Source: Deltaproteobacteria bacterium TL4 (lineage in GTDB: Bacteria; SAR324; NAC60-12). From it: DNA of 64,000 nt. Both the position numbers and the translations under genes were made by a program. The number at the start of each line of letters is the position of its first letter. Positions within the stretch are counted from its first letter, which is position 1. The notes beneath the pieces were generated by a model. That model did not search any database and was not told the origin of the DNA. It saw nothing but the letters and a program-made list of their open reading frames with translations. Shown piece after piece: positions 31,235 through 40,934 of this stretch. The stretch covers positions 1 to 64,000 of the forward strand of contig JBBCAX010000033.1 in NCBI GenBank assembly GCA_051382335.1, written 5' to 3'.

Positions 31235-33148
31235 TTACTTTGAAGTTTCAAACTCAAGCCACTGCTGAAACATTAAAATATCCCACAAGTAATAATGCCA
31301 TTGATATTTTCCTGATAAATGCTGTTTCCACAGAGTTCTAACCAGGCGTGTGTTTAGAAATCCTTGTTCTTGGAGGGTTTTCTCATCTAACAAGTGTTCC
31401 GCCCAATCTCTAAGTTCCTTCCGAAGCCAGCTATCAATCGGTACACCAAATCCCATTTTAGGACGTTCTAAAAGTTTCTGAGGAACATGTCTGTATAGCA
31501 GTTTGCGGAAGATCACCTTGCCGACTTCCTGTTCTACTTTGAGAGCCGTTGGTATTTTTGCGGCAAACTCAATGACTCGATGATCCAGAAGGGGAACTCT
31601 TGCTTCCAAACTTACGGCCATACTTGCCCTATCCACTTTTGTTAAAATGTCATCAGGCAAGTAGGTCATAAGATCCAGTAAGCTCATCGTATGGCTTTCA
31701 TCCCCTGTGAACAAACCCTTATCAAAAATATCTTCAGGCTCTTTGGTATTAAGTACTAATTGATGTGGATTTTTTTGATGAGATCTAAAATACTGGTAAA
31801 ATTTTGAAAAATCACTTCTTCCCATCAAATCACCACGCCATTGAAGCTTGTATCCAGCATTGCCCAGATTTTCGAGTAAGCGTGCAGGAAGCACTCGGAT
31901 GAAACGGTTTGCGTTTTTACGAAAAACCAGAGGAATCTTATTAGCGGTTTTCCAGGTACTTGCCGTTTTGAAATATCGGGTATAGCCAGAAAAAAGCTCA
32001 TCGCCACCATCTCCTGATAAGGATACAGTTACATGCTTTCGCGCCAATTTTGATACTAAAAAAGTGGGAATTTGGGAAGAATCGGCAAAGGGTTCATTCC
32101 ATATTGTCGGAATTTGAGGAATAACCTCTAACAGATCTTTATGAGTTACATAGAGTTCTGTATGATCTGTTCCTAAATACTTTGCCACCTCTTTCGCATG
32201 GTGCGCTTCATTATAGTCGCCTTCATTAAATCCTATGGCAAACGTTTTCACAGGGGTAGAACTTAATTCCTGCATCAAGGCCACAACTGCTGAAGAATCA
32301 ATGCCTCCAGACAAAAAAGCACCTAGAGGCACATCAGAAAGCATTCTCAAGCTGACTGCGTCCCTAAGTAACTCTTCCAGTTGCTTGATGATTTCCTCCT
32401 CGCTCCCTTTCCACATCTGTTTTGCTCCTTCTTGCCACAATTGAGGCAGGGACCAGTAAACCTGATGCTGCAATCCTTCAAGACCTAACTTTTGAAAGTC
32501 CTCATACTTAATTCGCAGTATCGTTCCTGGTTCCAACTTAAAGATGTTTTTATAAATGGAATAGGGGGCGGGAACACAGTTATACCTGAAATACAAACAC
32601 AGGGCATCTCTATCAATGGGATTATCAAAACCGGGATGCTCTTTGAGGGCTTTCAATTCCGAGCCAAACACGAAACTGTTGCCTACCAGTCCATAATACA
32701 GAGGCTTAATTCCAATACGGTCTCGGATTAAAACAAGTTCACGCTTCTCACAATCCCATAAGGCGAACGCAAACATCCCAATGAATTTTTGAACTGCTTT
32801 TTCAACCCCCCATTCTTCAATGGCTGCCAGCATAACTTCGGTATCTGAATGTCCTCGGAATTCATACCCTAACGTTCGCAGTTCTTTTTGAAGCATACGA
32901 CAATTGTAAACTTCACCGTTGTAGCTGATTACATATCGTTTTGAGGCAGAGACCATCGGTTGATGGCCTTCAGGTGATAAATCCAGAATGGAAAGCCTAC
33001 GATGTCCTAAGACTAATCCTGTTGATGGATCGAACCAAATTCCAGCGTCATCGGGTCCACGATGTACCAAGGTTTGAAGCATTCGGTGGCATAACTTTTC
33101 TGCATCCTGATGAGGTGTTGATGGTAAAAATCCCGCAAATCCGCACAT
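31235..33148 (-). CDS. asnB: Asparagine synthase (glutamine-hydrolysing)-like sugar amidotransferase, paralog 1
   Basis: MCGFAG Ntn cysteine, HRGPD, RDRIGIKPLYY, LSGGIDSS, SGDGGDELF, KVDRASMAVSLEARVP. Confidence 0.92.
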   Translation of the reverse strand: MCGFAGFLPSTPHQDAEKLCHRMLQTLVHRGPDDAGIWFDPSTGLVLGHRRLSILDLSPEGHQPMVSASKRYVISYNGEVYNCRMLQKELRTLGYEFRGHSDTEVMLAAIEEWGVEKAVQKFIGMFAFALWDCEKRELVLIRDRIGIKPLYYGLVGNSFVFGSELKALKEHPGFDNPIDRDALCLYFRYNCVPAPYSIYKNIFKLEPGTILRIKYEDFQKLGLEGLQHQVYWSLPQLWQEGAKQMWKGSEEEIIKQLEELLRDAVSLRMLSDVPLGAFLSGGIDSSAVVALMQELSSTPVKTFAIGFNEGDYNEAHHAKEVAKYLGTDHTELYVTHKDLLEVIPQIPTIWNEPFADSSQIPTFLVSKLARKHVTVSLSGDGGDELFSGYTRYFKTASTWKTANKIPLVFRKNANRFIRVLPARLLENLGNAGYKLQWRGDLMGRSDFSKFYQYFRSHQKNPHQLVLNTKEPEDIFDKGLFTGDESHTMSLLDLMTYLPDDILTKVDRASMAVSLEARVPLLDHRVIEFAAKIPTALKVEQEVGKVIFRKLLYRHVPQKLLERPKMGFGVPIDSWLRKELRDWAEHLLDEKTLQEQGFLNTRLVRTLWKQHLSGKYQWHYYLWDILMFQQWLEFETSK

Positions 33149-33373
33149 GATAATCTCGTATTATTGACCTTTATTTTCAGAAAAATATATACAACTCAGG
33201 TTCTCATTAGTGCTAAAATTTGAGAACGATTGGAGTGGGATACTCTGACGCAACATTTCTGGAAGATCCATATCCAGTGATCCTATTCGACTTTTCTAAT
33301 ATTTCCATATGTAATCGCACTCGCCCTACCAATTTTACTATTCTCGGATAGCCTTTTAGTGGGTGAGCGCATA

Positions 33374-34462
33374 TCAGTTCATAACACTGTTTATTAATAT
33401 TTCCCATTCCTTCATAATATTAGGAAGTTTTAATAGCTCCCGTATTTTACTTGCTTCTCTTCCGAACTGTTCACGCTCATTTTCGTTCAACATCAGACGT
33501 TTCATTGCAATACTCAACTCATAACTATTTTCAGGAGGCACAAGTAGTCCATTAACTCCATGTTGAATGATGTCACGGGGGCCGCTAGGGCAATCTGTGG
33601 ATATTACAGCCAACCCCCAGAACATCGCTTCACATAATGCATTGGGGAAACCTTCAAAGCGAGAAGCAAGAACAAAAAGATCTGCCTGTTCCAAGTAATT
33701 TTCTGGATCATGGACTCTTCCCATAAAAACGACCTTGTCGTTGAGTGAGAGTCGCCACGATAAGGTTTCAAGTTCCTGCCGCGACTCCCCTTCTCCTATA
33801 ATCCACAACTTCCAATCTGGAAAATCACTTGTAATCTTAGCAAAAGCTTCTATTAACAGATCAAATCCTTTTTGATGGGTAAGTCTGCCGAGAGCTACAA
33901 CGATTTTTCCGTGAGTCTTCGAAAAATCATTAGTTCTTTTGTAATTACAAAAGACAGGGTTGGGAATAACCTTTATTTTTTTTTTGAGATACTGAGGGTA
34001 ATATTCCTTTGCCTCTATGGTTTGTGTGACAATGACATTTGCACTTAAAAAAACATACTTTCTTAAAAATTTCCAAACGTTTCCCGGATTATATAAAATG
34101 GGGCTAATTCTTTCTGAAACGATTACTGGAATGTGCAGTCCTTTTGTTGCGATCAAAACCAATACATTCGTTCGATCCATAAAACTGATGACCACATCAG
34201 GATGATATTTTCTTATGCTTTGACGCAAAAGCCATAACCGCATCACATTGTTTTTGATTGCCTGAAATAGGGAGTTTGCGTTTTTAAGAAGTCCAAGCTT
34301 GTGATGGTTTACCTCTGGGTGCAATTCATAAAATGAGGACTCATTCGAAAAGGTAATGATTGTAATAGCCCAACCTTTTTCTACCCAATAATTAGCCATA
34401 GTACTCATCACCCTCTCAGCACCGCCAGCGCTAAGCGAAGAAATGACAAAAACAATTTTCAT
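33374..34462 (-). CDS. Glycosyltransferase family 4 (AmsD/PglH-like)
   Basis: GGAERV, SER, IPNP, GRLTHQKGFD, SRFEGFPNALCEAM; ATG at 34462 overlaps the upstream stop. Confidence 0.9.
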   Translation of the reverse strand: MKIVFVISSLSAGGAERVMSTMANYWVEKGWAITIITFSNESSFYELHPEVNHHKLGLLKNANSLFQAIKNNVMRLWLLRQSIRKYHPDVVISFMDRTNVLVLIATKGLHIPVIVSERISPILYNPGNVWKFLRKYVFLSANVIVTQTIEAKEYYPQYLKKKIKVIPNPVFCNYKRTNDFSKTHGKIVVALGRLTHQKGFDLLIEAFAKITSDFPDWKLWIIGEGESRQELETLSWRLSLNDKVVFMGRVHDPENYLEQADLFVLASRFEGFPNALCEAMFWGLAVISTDCPSGPRDIIQHGVNGLLVPPENSYELSIAMKRLMLNENEREQFGREASKIRELLKLPNIMKEWEILINSVMN

Positions 34463-35736
34463 GATACTTCTGTATTCGTTTGAGTCAATTCTTGATAGAT
34501 ACTTTGAACACGGCAAGAATAAGTATGTTGATCCATTATAGCTTCATAGGCTTGGTCAACAATTTTTTGACGATAACTTTCATCCATAAATTTTTCCAAC
34601 ACTTCATCAACGTTAGAAAAGTCTAAACGTAGTGCGATATAATGCTCATTGGGTATTAATATTCCATTATATTTTCCTTCAAACATGATTTGACATGTTT
34701 TTGTTCCAATCGCGTCAAAATGCCGAGAAGAAATACATTTTGAATAAACTGGTGCAGTATCTTTGTCCTGATAAAACTGATTATAGATTTCTTCAAAACT
34801 GATGGCATTCGCATCTATCGTTGTGGTTTCGTAAACATCTCGCTCACGGACAATTGATTTGGACGTTTTTGATAAAAGTGTGGATTTTATGAGGTTTTTT
34901 AGTCCTTGTGGTAAGTAGTCCCACATTTTCAAAATAAAAGAGGAATCGTCAACAACCATTGAGGAGGTATCTTTTTTTGATTTTTCCAAGATATATGCCT
35001 GAATGGCTTGAACCGTATCATCATCTCTCTCCAGAAACCATGATCCCGCCTCTGTCGCCAAAGTACCTTTACAACGATTCAAAAAGTCGGCCCATCCTTC
35101 GCGATTAAAACGCTGGTCATGGTTCGTACTAAAGTCTTTTTTCAAATGAGGCAAAACTTGGTCTTGGCTAAAATAATTCAACAGCTGGTTCCGTTCGTTA
35201 TCCCCTAAAAAAACGGAATATTTATACGTTCGAACCCCCAAATCAATCAATCGTTGTGGTTGAGGAATGACAGGCTGAAACGCTTCTGGATTTAAGGCAT
35301 GGGGTAATGCGATCACTTTTGAGTGAGAACATGCTTCAAAAAGCCATTTGCCAGCTTCAAGAGGAAGTTGAGTCCCTATATAATCAGCGTTAATGTCCTG
35401 AATGAATTGTATTTTATGTTTCATGGATACGCCGGGCAAGTTGACTTCGTTTCCGACGAAGGTCAGTAGTTTTGCCTTTCTATCCTTGAGAACATTTTTT
35501 AGAGGTTCTAAATAACTCAAAGTATCAGCATTTGTTGAGTGTAATAATACAATAAACTCATACTCCTTGATCGTTTTACGGAGTTTAGAAACATCTTCCG
35601 GATTACAAAGATTCAGGATATCTGTATTAAACTGTTTGGATTGAACAAAAGCGTCAATCCAATCGTTATAATACGACAGGGTTTGCGTGTAGAGAGCATA
35701 TAGCACTAATGTGCGTATTTGTGAAACAACCATCAT
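34459..35736 (-). CDS. Putative glycosyltransferase (CgeB / Glyco_trans_1_2-like C-terminus)
   Basis: ISSRHFDAIGTKTCQ...HTYxxRV C-terminal pattern; paralog of 40935-42197. Confidence 0.6.
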   Translation of the reverse strand: MMVVSQIRTLVLYALYTQTLSYYNDWIDAFVQSKQFNTDILNLCNPEDVSKLRKTIKEYEFIVLLHSTNADTLSYLEPLKNVLKDRKAKLLTFVGNEVNLPGVSMKHKIQFIQDINADYIGTQLPLEAGKWLFEACSHSKVIALPHALNPEAFQPVIPQPQRLIDLGVRTYKYSVFLGDNERNQLLNYFSQDQVLPHLKKDFSTNHDQRFNREGWADFLNRCKGTLATEAGSWFLERDDDTVQAIQAYILEKSKKDTSSMVVDDSSFILKMWDYLPQGLKNLIKSTLLSKTSKSIVRERDVYETTTIDANAISFEEIYNQFYQDKDTAPVYSKCISSRHFDAIGTKTCQIMFEGKYNGILIPNEHYIALRLDFSNVDEVLEKFMDESYRQKIVDQAYEAIMDQHTYSCRVQSIYQELTQTNTEVS

Positions 35737-35780
35737 CTCGTCACTTTATTGAGGAATTAAAAGGAAGGAAATCAAAAAAA

Positions 35781-36818
35781 TTAAAGATACGCTTGATGCT
35801 TCGCCATGGTTGCTTCAATAAGACTCAAATTTTCTTGAGTCCATTGTATGGTTCGTTTCAATCCTTCTTCCAAAGGAACTTCCGCAGAAAAGCCTAATTG
35901 ATCCCTTGCCTTAGAAGGATCACCAAAGCGTTTACCTGACCGATCCCAGTCTCTTTTGGGTTTCAGTGCGATTGGAGTAGGATTTCCAGTAAATTCATTA
36001 ATCTGCTGCGCCAAATCGTGAATAGTTGTCTCATACCCACTTGCCAGATTATAAACCTCACCTACACCACCTTTTAGCGCACATGCAGCCAAACCTTTGG
36101 CAATATCTTCAACATAAATAAAATCCCGGGTGGCAATTCCTCCATTCTCTATCGGCAACGCTTCCTGCTTTAAGGCCTTGTAAATGAAAGTTGGAGTAAC
36201 ATTTCTCCAAACCGTCGCCGGGGTTCCTCTCCATTTTCCCGCACCCAAAATTTCGCCAGGACCATAGACATTCTGAAACCGGGCTTTTACAAAGGGCATC
36301 CCATATTGTCGGGCAAAATAATTCCCATAAAATTCACCAATAATCTTGGAAATAGAATAGGGACTATCCATATACAAGGAAACAGGCGCATCCTCTGAAG
36401 TTGCTTGAGCTTGATCAAACGTTTTTTCAGCAACAGCACACCCCGCGGAAGAATAAACAATCTTTTTCAGACTTTTAAAATCTTTAACATGATTGAATAA
36501 TTTCAACGAGGTCAGTGTGTTGTTCTCATGGTCCGCTAATGGATCATGAATGGAACTTTGATTTCCATGATAAGTCGAGAGATGGAAAATATAATCGATA
36601 TCATCATTCAGCTTTGCCAAAATACGATCATCTGTGATGGAACCTTCAATAAAGTCAACTCTCTGATCATCAGGAATATTCACCTTTTCCGCAGAAAGCA
36701 GGTTATCTACAACAAGGATTTGCTGACATTGATTCCTCAGTAAATTACGTACTAAATTACTTCCAACAAAGCCCGCACCTCCAACAACAACTATTTTTCG
36801 ATTTTCGAAATTTTCCAT
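35781..36818 (-). CDS. wbmF: NAD-dependent nucleotide-sugar epimerase, WbmF-like
   Basis: GGAGFVG, YSISK; segments TYHGNQSSIHDPLADHENNTLT and WRGTPATVWRNVTPTFIYKALK match Bordetella WbmF as recalled from memory. Confidence 0.8.
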   Translation of the reverse strand: MENFENRKIVVVGGAGFVGSNLVRNLLRNQCQQILVVDNLLSAEKVNIPDDQRVDFIEGSITDDRILAKLNDDIDYIFHLSTYHGNQSSIHDPLADHENNTLTSLKLFNHVKDFKSLKKIVYSSAGCAVAEKTFDQAQATSEDAPVSLYMDSPYSISKIIGEFYGNYFARQYGMPFVKARFQNVYGPGEILGAGKWRGTPATVWRNVTPTFIYKALKQEALPIENGGIATRDFIYVEDIAKGLAACALKGGVGEVYNLASGYETTIHDLAQQINEFTGNPTPIALKPKRDWDRSGKRFGDPSKARDQLGFSAEVPLEEGLKRTIQWTQENLSLIEATMAKHQAYL

Positions 36819-36828
36819 AACACTCTTT

Positions 36829-37761
36829 CTAATCTTTTAATTTTAAATGGGTAAAGGTTAGCTCAATACCGAACTCTTGATAATATTCAATTGCTTTTTT
36901 TACTCCGACTTTCAACGGAGTTGTAATTTCCCAATCAAAATCCTGATTGGTTTTCGATGGATCCAACAAGATGGAAAAAACATCATCGGGATTACGGGGG
37001 CGTTCTTCAACAGGTTCCTTCAGTGTTACGCCTAAAGCAGAGACGGTTGCGTCAAACAATTCCTTAATGGAGTAATCCTTACCCGATGAAACGTGATAAT
37101 AGCCCTTACCTTTTCCATCCAAGGCTTTTTCAACGACATCAATCAAATCTTGTACATAAATGAAGTCTCGTCGAGTGTCCATCACAAAACATTTTTTCCC
37201 ACTGGTTAAACGTTGGAAAAAGGTAGGAAGCGGACCTGAGATATTTCGTGGGCCATAAGCATTTGCCAGCCGGAAAGAAACAAAGTTCAACCCTGACAAC
37301 TCAATATAGTGCTCTGCAGAAGTTTTACTGATAGCATAACTACTACCACGTGGATTGAAAGGATGACTGAGCGTGATGGGTTGCTCTTGAGGATGTAAAC
37401 CATATCCCAACGCCGTTTGAAAATATATAAACCGCTCTACTTTTAATTTTTGAGAAGCACGAAGTACATTAATGGTACCGATGATGTTGGTATTAGCATC
37501 TTCAATCCAATTTTCGGGATCTTTGTAAGATGCAGCCGCATGAACTACATGTGTCGGTTGAAATTCTTGAAAGGTCTGAGTGACAAGTTCAGCATCCGCA
37601 ATGGTTCCTTCAATAATTTTAAGATTTTTGTGTTTTATTAAATTGTCTCGACGACCTGTTGAATAATTATCAATAACACAGACCTGCACATTTTTTGCTA
37701 ACAATCGATCTGTCAAATGGGACCCAACGAAACCTGAGCCTCCTGTAATCAAAACTTTCAT
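36829..37761 (-). CDS. NAD-dependent nucleotide-sugar oxidoreductase/epimerase, WbmH/WbmG-like
   Basis: GGSGFVG, AASYKDP, YFQTAL, SSYAISK, RLAN..GPRN.SGPLP.FFQRL..GKKCFV (WbmH-like, recalled). Confidence 0.8.
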   Translation of the reverse strand: MKVLITGGSGFVGSHLTDRLLAKNVQVCVIDNYSTGRRDNLIKHKNLKIIEGTIADAELVTQTFQEFQPTHVVHAAASYKDPENWIEDANTNIIGTINVLRASQKLKVERFIYFQTALGYGLHPQEQPITLSHPFNPRGSSYAISKTSAEHYIELSGLNFVSFRLANAYGPRNISGPLPTFFQRLTSGKKCFVMDTRRDFIYVQDLIDVVEKALDGKGKGYYHVSSGKDYSIKELFDATVSALGVTLKEPVEERPRNPDDVFSILLDPSKTNQDFDWEITTPLKVGVKKAIEYYQEFGIELTFTHLKLKD

Positions 37762-39671
37762 ACATTCTCCTTTAATAACTGGTGATATTTATCGGCTTGA
37801 TCATGAAATTCCTGCATCCATAACTCCAGAGATAAAAGACCCCATATTTTTCTGCTGAATTTGCCTTCTTGATTCAAGCGGCTTAAAATGACATCGGAAT
37901 TAAAATACTTCCTTTGTCTTGCACTCTGAGTGTTGAAAATGTCACATACAAACTCCCGTAACTCTCCTTGCATCCATTCGTTAAGAGGAACCGGAAACCC
38001 CATTTTATCTTTACGATTCACAATAGAATCCGGCAGAATATGATCAAAAGACTTGATAAGCAAGCGCTTTAGGGTTCCGTCCTTAAATTTAATATCGGCA
38101 GGAATTGTTGCCACCAATTCGACGAGAGGATGATCCAGAAAAGGAACGCGGGACTCCAACCCATGAGCCATACTCATCCTATCCTCAACTTGAAGTAATG
38201 CGGGAAGCAACGTTTTAAAATCAAAATGAGTCATTAAATCAAAATAGGACTCATGTTGAACATTATTTCCGAGAAATATTTCTCGGAATGTGTCTTCCGG
38301 TGAGTAACTCCCCAGCTCCTGCCAACGAATCTCTTCCTTAAGTGTGGGGGCACGATCCACTAAACTAAAATATCGCTTTTCCAGAGAATCAAAAAGACCC
38401 TTACTCCAAAATTGCTTTAGCAAAGGCTTATATTGCTGCAATGTGACCAGATTGGGTATAATTGACTCATAAGTAACAATAAAATTCCCATTTTGTAATG
38501 AACCTTCAATCCCACCTTTAATACACTGTTCGAAATAAGCGATCAGGTAACGCGCATATCCTCCAAAAATTTCATCACCACCTTGTCCTCCAAGCACCAC
38601 TTTACGATGCTGACTTGCCAACTGTGATACCTGATACTGAGGAAAAGATCCAGGCCCCGCCACAGGAACATCCAAATGATAAATAACCTTTTGAATATTA
38701 TCGATAAAATTTTGACTGGAAATATCAATTTCCAGTAAAATCATCTGATACATTTCTGCCAAATCACGGGCATATTGGCTTTCATCATACTCTGGACCGT
38801 AAGTAAATTTGCCAGTAAAGGCATAAAAGGGAGCTTCTGTATACTTTGTGGCCATTGCCGCACTAATTCCTGAATCTCGCCCTCCACTGACATAAGCCCC
38901 AACGGGGACATCACTCCTCAGATGTAAACTGATGGATTCTTCCAACAAAGCCCTTACTTTTTCAACAAAATACTTTTCAGTATGATACCAATCGAGATCA
39001 TAATAAACCTCCCAATATTTTTTAATCTTAAGCTCTCCATTTTGAACCAACAAAAAATGTCCAGGTAAAAGCTGTTTAACCCCTTGAAATAAAGTCTTTT
39101 CTCCAAGAGTAAATTGAAAAGCCAAATAATCCTTCAAACCGCTTTCATCAGTTTCAATAACTGGCAGAAAAGGTAACAGCGTTTTTATCTCTGATGCCAG
39201 ATAAAGAGTTTTCTCTACAACTGTATAATAGAAAGGTTTAATGCCAAAACGATCACGAGCACAAAACAATCGTTGCTTCTGCTCGTCCCATAAGGCAAAC
39301 GAAAACATCCCACGAAATTTTGCCAGGCAATCAACACCCCAGCGTTCGTAAGCGTTCAACAATACTTCTGTGTCCGAAGTGGTTTGAAATTCCTCTTCTC
39401 CAAGTTCCTTACGCAACTCGATGTAGTTATAAATTTCACCATTATAAGAAACCACATTTCCATTGGGGGATTTCATGGGTTGCTGACCAGTTTCCAAATC
39501 AATAATACTCAATCTTACATGAGATAGTCCCAAATTTTTTTTTGGATGCTCCCACACCCCCTCACCATCGGGTCCCCTATGTTTTTGCAAATGGTTCATC
39601 ACTTCTAAAGAGTGAACAATATCACGATGCCCCTGCTGATCTAAATCGATAATTCCGGCAATTCCACACAT
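37758..39671 (-). CDS. asnB: Asparagine synthase-like sugar amidotransferase, paralog 2 (WbmI-like position)
   Basis: MCGIAG, HRGPD, RDRFGIKP, SGGRDS, GGQGGDE, EDRMSMAHGLESRVP. Confidence 0.9.
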   Translation of the reverse strand: MCGIAGIIDLDQQGHRDIVHSLEVMNHLQKHRGPDGEGVWEHPKKNLGLSHVRLSIIDLETGQQPMKSPNGNVVSYNGEIYNYIELRKELGEEEFQTTSDTEVLLNAYERWGVDCLAKFRGMFSFALWDEQKQRLFCARDRFGIKPFYYTVVEKTLYLASEIKTLLPFLPVIETDESGLKDYLAFQFTLGEKTLFQGVKQLLPGHFLLVQNGELKIKKYWEVYYDLDWYHTEKYFVEKVRALLEESISLHLRSDVPVGAYVSGGRDSGISAAMATKYTEAPFYAFTGKFTYGPEYDESQYARDLAEMYQMILLEIDISSQNFIDNIQKVIYHLDVPVAGPGSFPQYQVSQLASQHRKVVLGGQGGDEIFGGYARYLIAYFEQCIKGGIEGSLQNGNFIVTYESIIPNLVTLQQYKPLLKQFWSKGLFDSLEKRYFSLVDRAPTLKEEIRWQELGSYSPEDTFREIFLGNNVQHESYFDLMTHFDFKTLLPALLQVEDRMSMAHGLESRVPFLDHPLVELVATIPADIKFKDGTLKRLLIKSFDHILPDSIVNRKDKMGFPVPLNEWMQGELREFVCDIFNTQSARQRKYFNSDVILSRLNQEGKFSRKIWGLLSLELWMQEFHDQADKYHQLLKENV

Positions 39672-39707
39672 AGCTAATTTTACTTTCCTTTTCTTGTTTT
39701 TTTCTAA

Positions 39708-40895
39708 TCATCCAAATAATTGAAAAAGATTTTCTACAATCATTTGAGCCGCTTTTCCATCACCATATAATGCAGACTCTTCTCTCAGTATATTCTTGAA
39801 AGGAGCTATATGTGGAGAATTTCTGTTTAAGCCTATTCTTCCATTTTGAATAATTTTTTCATAATCACTACTGACGACAATATTCCATCCAGCCTCGACC
39901 GTTTCAACCCACTCGGTTTGATCTCTAAAAGTAACACATGGTTTTTGGAAAAAATAGGCTTCTTTCTGAACACCACCTGAATCGGTACAAATCAGACGAC
40001 ACTGTTTTTCCAGTAAAATCATTTCCAGATAAGAAACAGGCTCACAAATAATGAGTGATTGAGCATAACTGTTGAGAACCTGGTGTTTTTTAATAATTTT
40101 TTTACTACGAGGATGTAAGGGTAAAACTACCGGAAAATCTTTTGTTAATTCACTCAACGCCGATAATATTGATTGAAAACGCTCAATATCGTCTGTGTTT
40201 TCCGCTCGATGAATCGTTGCAAGTATAAAAGGAAGAACTTCATCTCCCGTTCCAGAAAGATTTAATCTTGCCAACAAATTTCTCTTACTATCCGACAGTG
40301 GCGCATAATAAAGCACACAGTCATACATCACATCCCCACTTTGAATCATTGCTGGAGAATCGTTGGTGGGCGCTGTTTTTGTAGTATTAGGGACAAAACC
40401 TTCTTTCTTGAGATTATCAATAGAAACCTGCGTAGGACAAAAAAATACCGATGAAAGATGATCGGTTAAAACCCGATTTTGTTCTTCAGGCATTTTTTTA
40501 TTATAAGAACGCAATCCCGCTTCTACGTGGGCAATCGGAATGTGTAATTTACTGGCGGCAAGGGCTCCCGCCAATGTTGAGTTGGTATCGCCATAGACCA
40601 AGACAACATCAGGTTTGCTTTCCTCAAAGATGTCCTCAAGCTTACTGAGCATTTCTCCTGTTTGCGCTCCATGCTTTCCCGAACCCACTTGAAGATTAAT
40701 ACTTGGATGCGGAATACACATCTCCTGGAAAAAGACCTCGGACATGCCGGCATCATAGTGTTGCCCTGTATGAATAATATCTTCAGCAATGATCTTGTCC
40801 TCAGAAACATTCTGATTCCATAGGTTGATTTCACGACTTACCGCGGCAGCTTTAATGAATTGAGGTCTTGCTCCTACAACTGTTATTATTTTCAT
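39708..40895 (-). CDS. wecB: Non-hydrolysing UDP-N-acetylhexosamine 2-epimerase (WecB / WbpI / WlbD)
   Basis: GARPQFIK, HTGQHYD, GDTNSTLAG, HVEAGLRS, HRAEN, DSGGVQKEA. Confidence 0.92.
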   Translation of the reverse strand: MKIITVVGARPQFIKAAAVSREINLWNQNVSEDKIIAEDIIHTGQHYDAGMSEVFFQEMCIPHPSINLQVGSGKHGAQTGEMLSKLEDIFEESKPDVVLVYGDTNSTLAGALAASKLHIPIAHVEAGLRSYNKKMPEEQNRVLTDHLSSVFFCPTQVSIDNLKKEGFVPNTTKTAPTNDSPAMIQSGDVMYDCVLYYAPLSDSKRNLLARLNLSGTGDEVLPFILATIHRAENTDDIERFQSILSALSELTKDFPVVLPLHPRSKKIIKKHQVLNSYAQSLIICEPVSYLEMILLEKQCRLICTDSGGVQKEAYFFQKPCVTFRDQTEWVETVEAGWNIVVSSDYEKIIQNGRIGLNRNSPHIAPFKNILREESALYGDGKAAQMIVENLFQLFG

Positions 40896-40934
40896 CTATT
40901 TCTTTCTATTTAGAATGGAATCGAGTGCACCCTA

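Noticed and set aside
33213..33407. 64-aa ORF or possible repeat remnant between the GT and asnB genes
   Set aside because: No motif, TIR or TSD could be established; cgcactcgccctac is only vaguely REP-like
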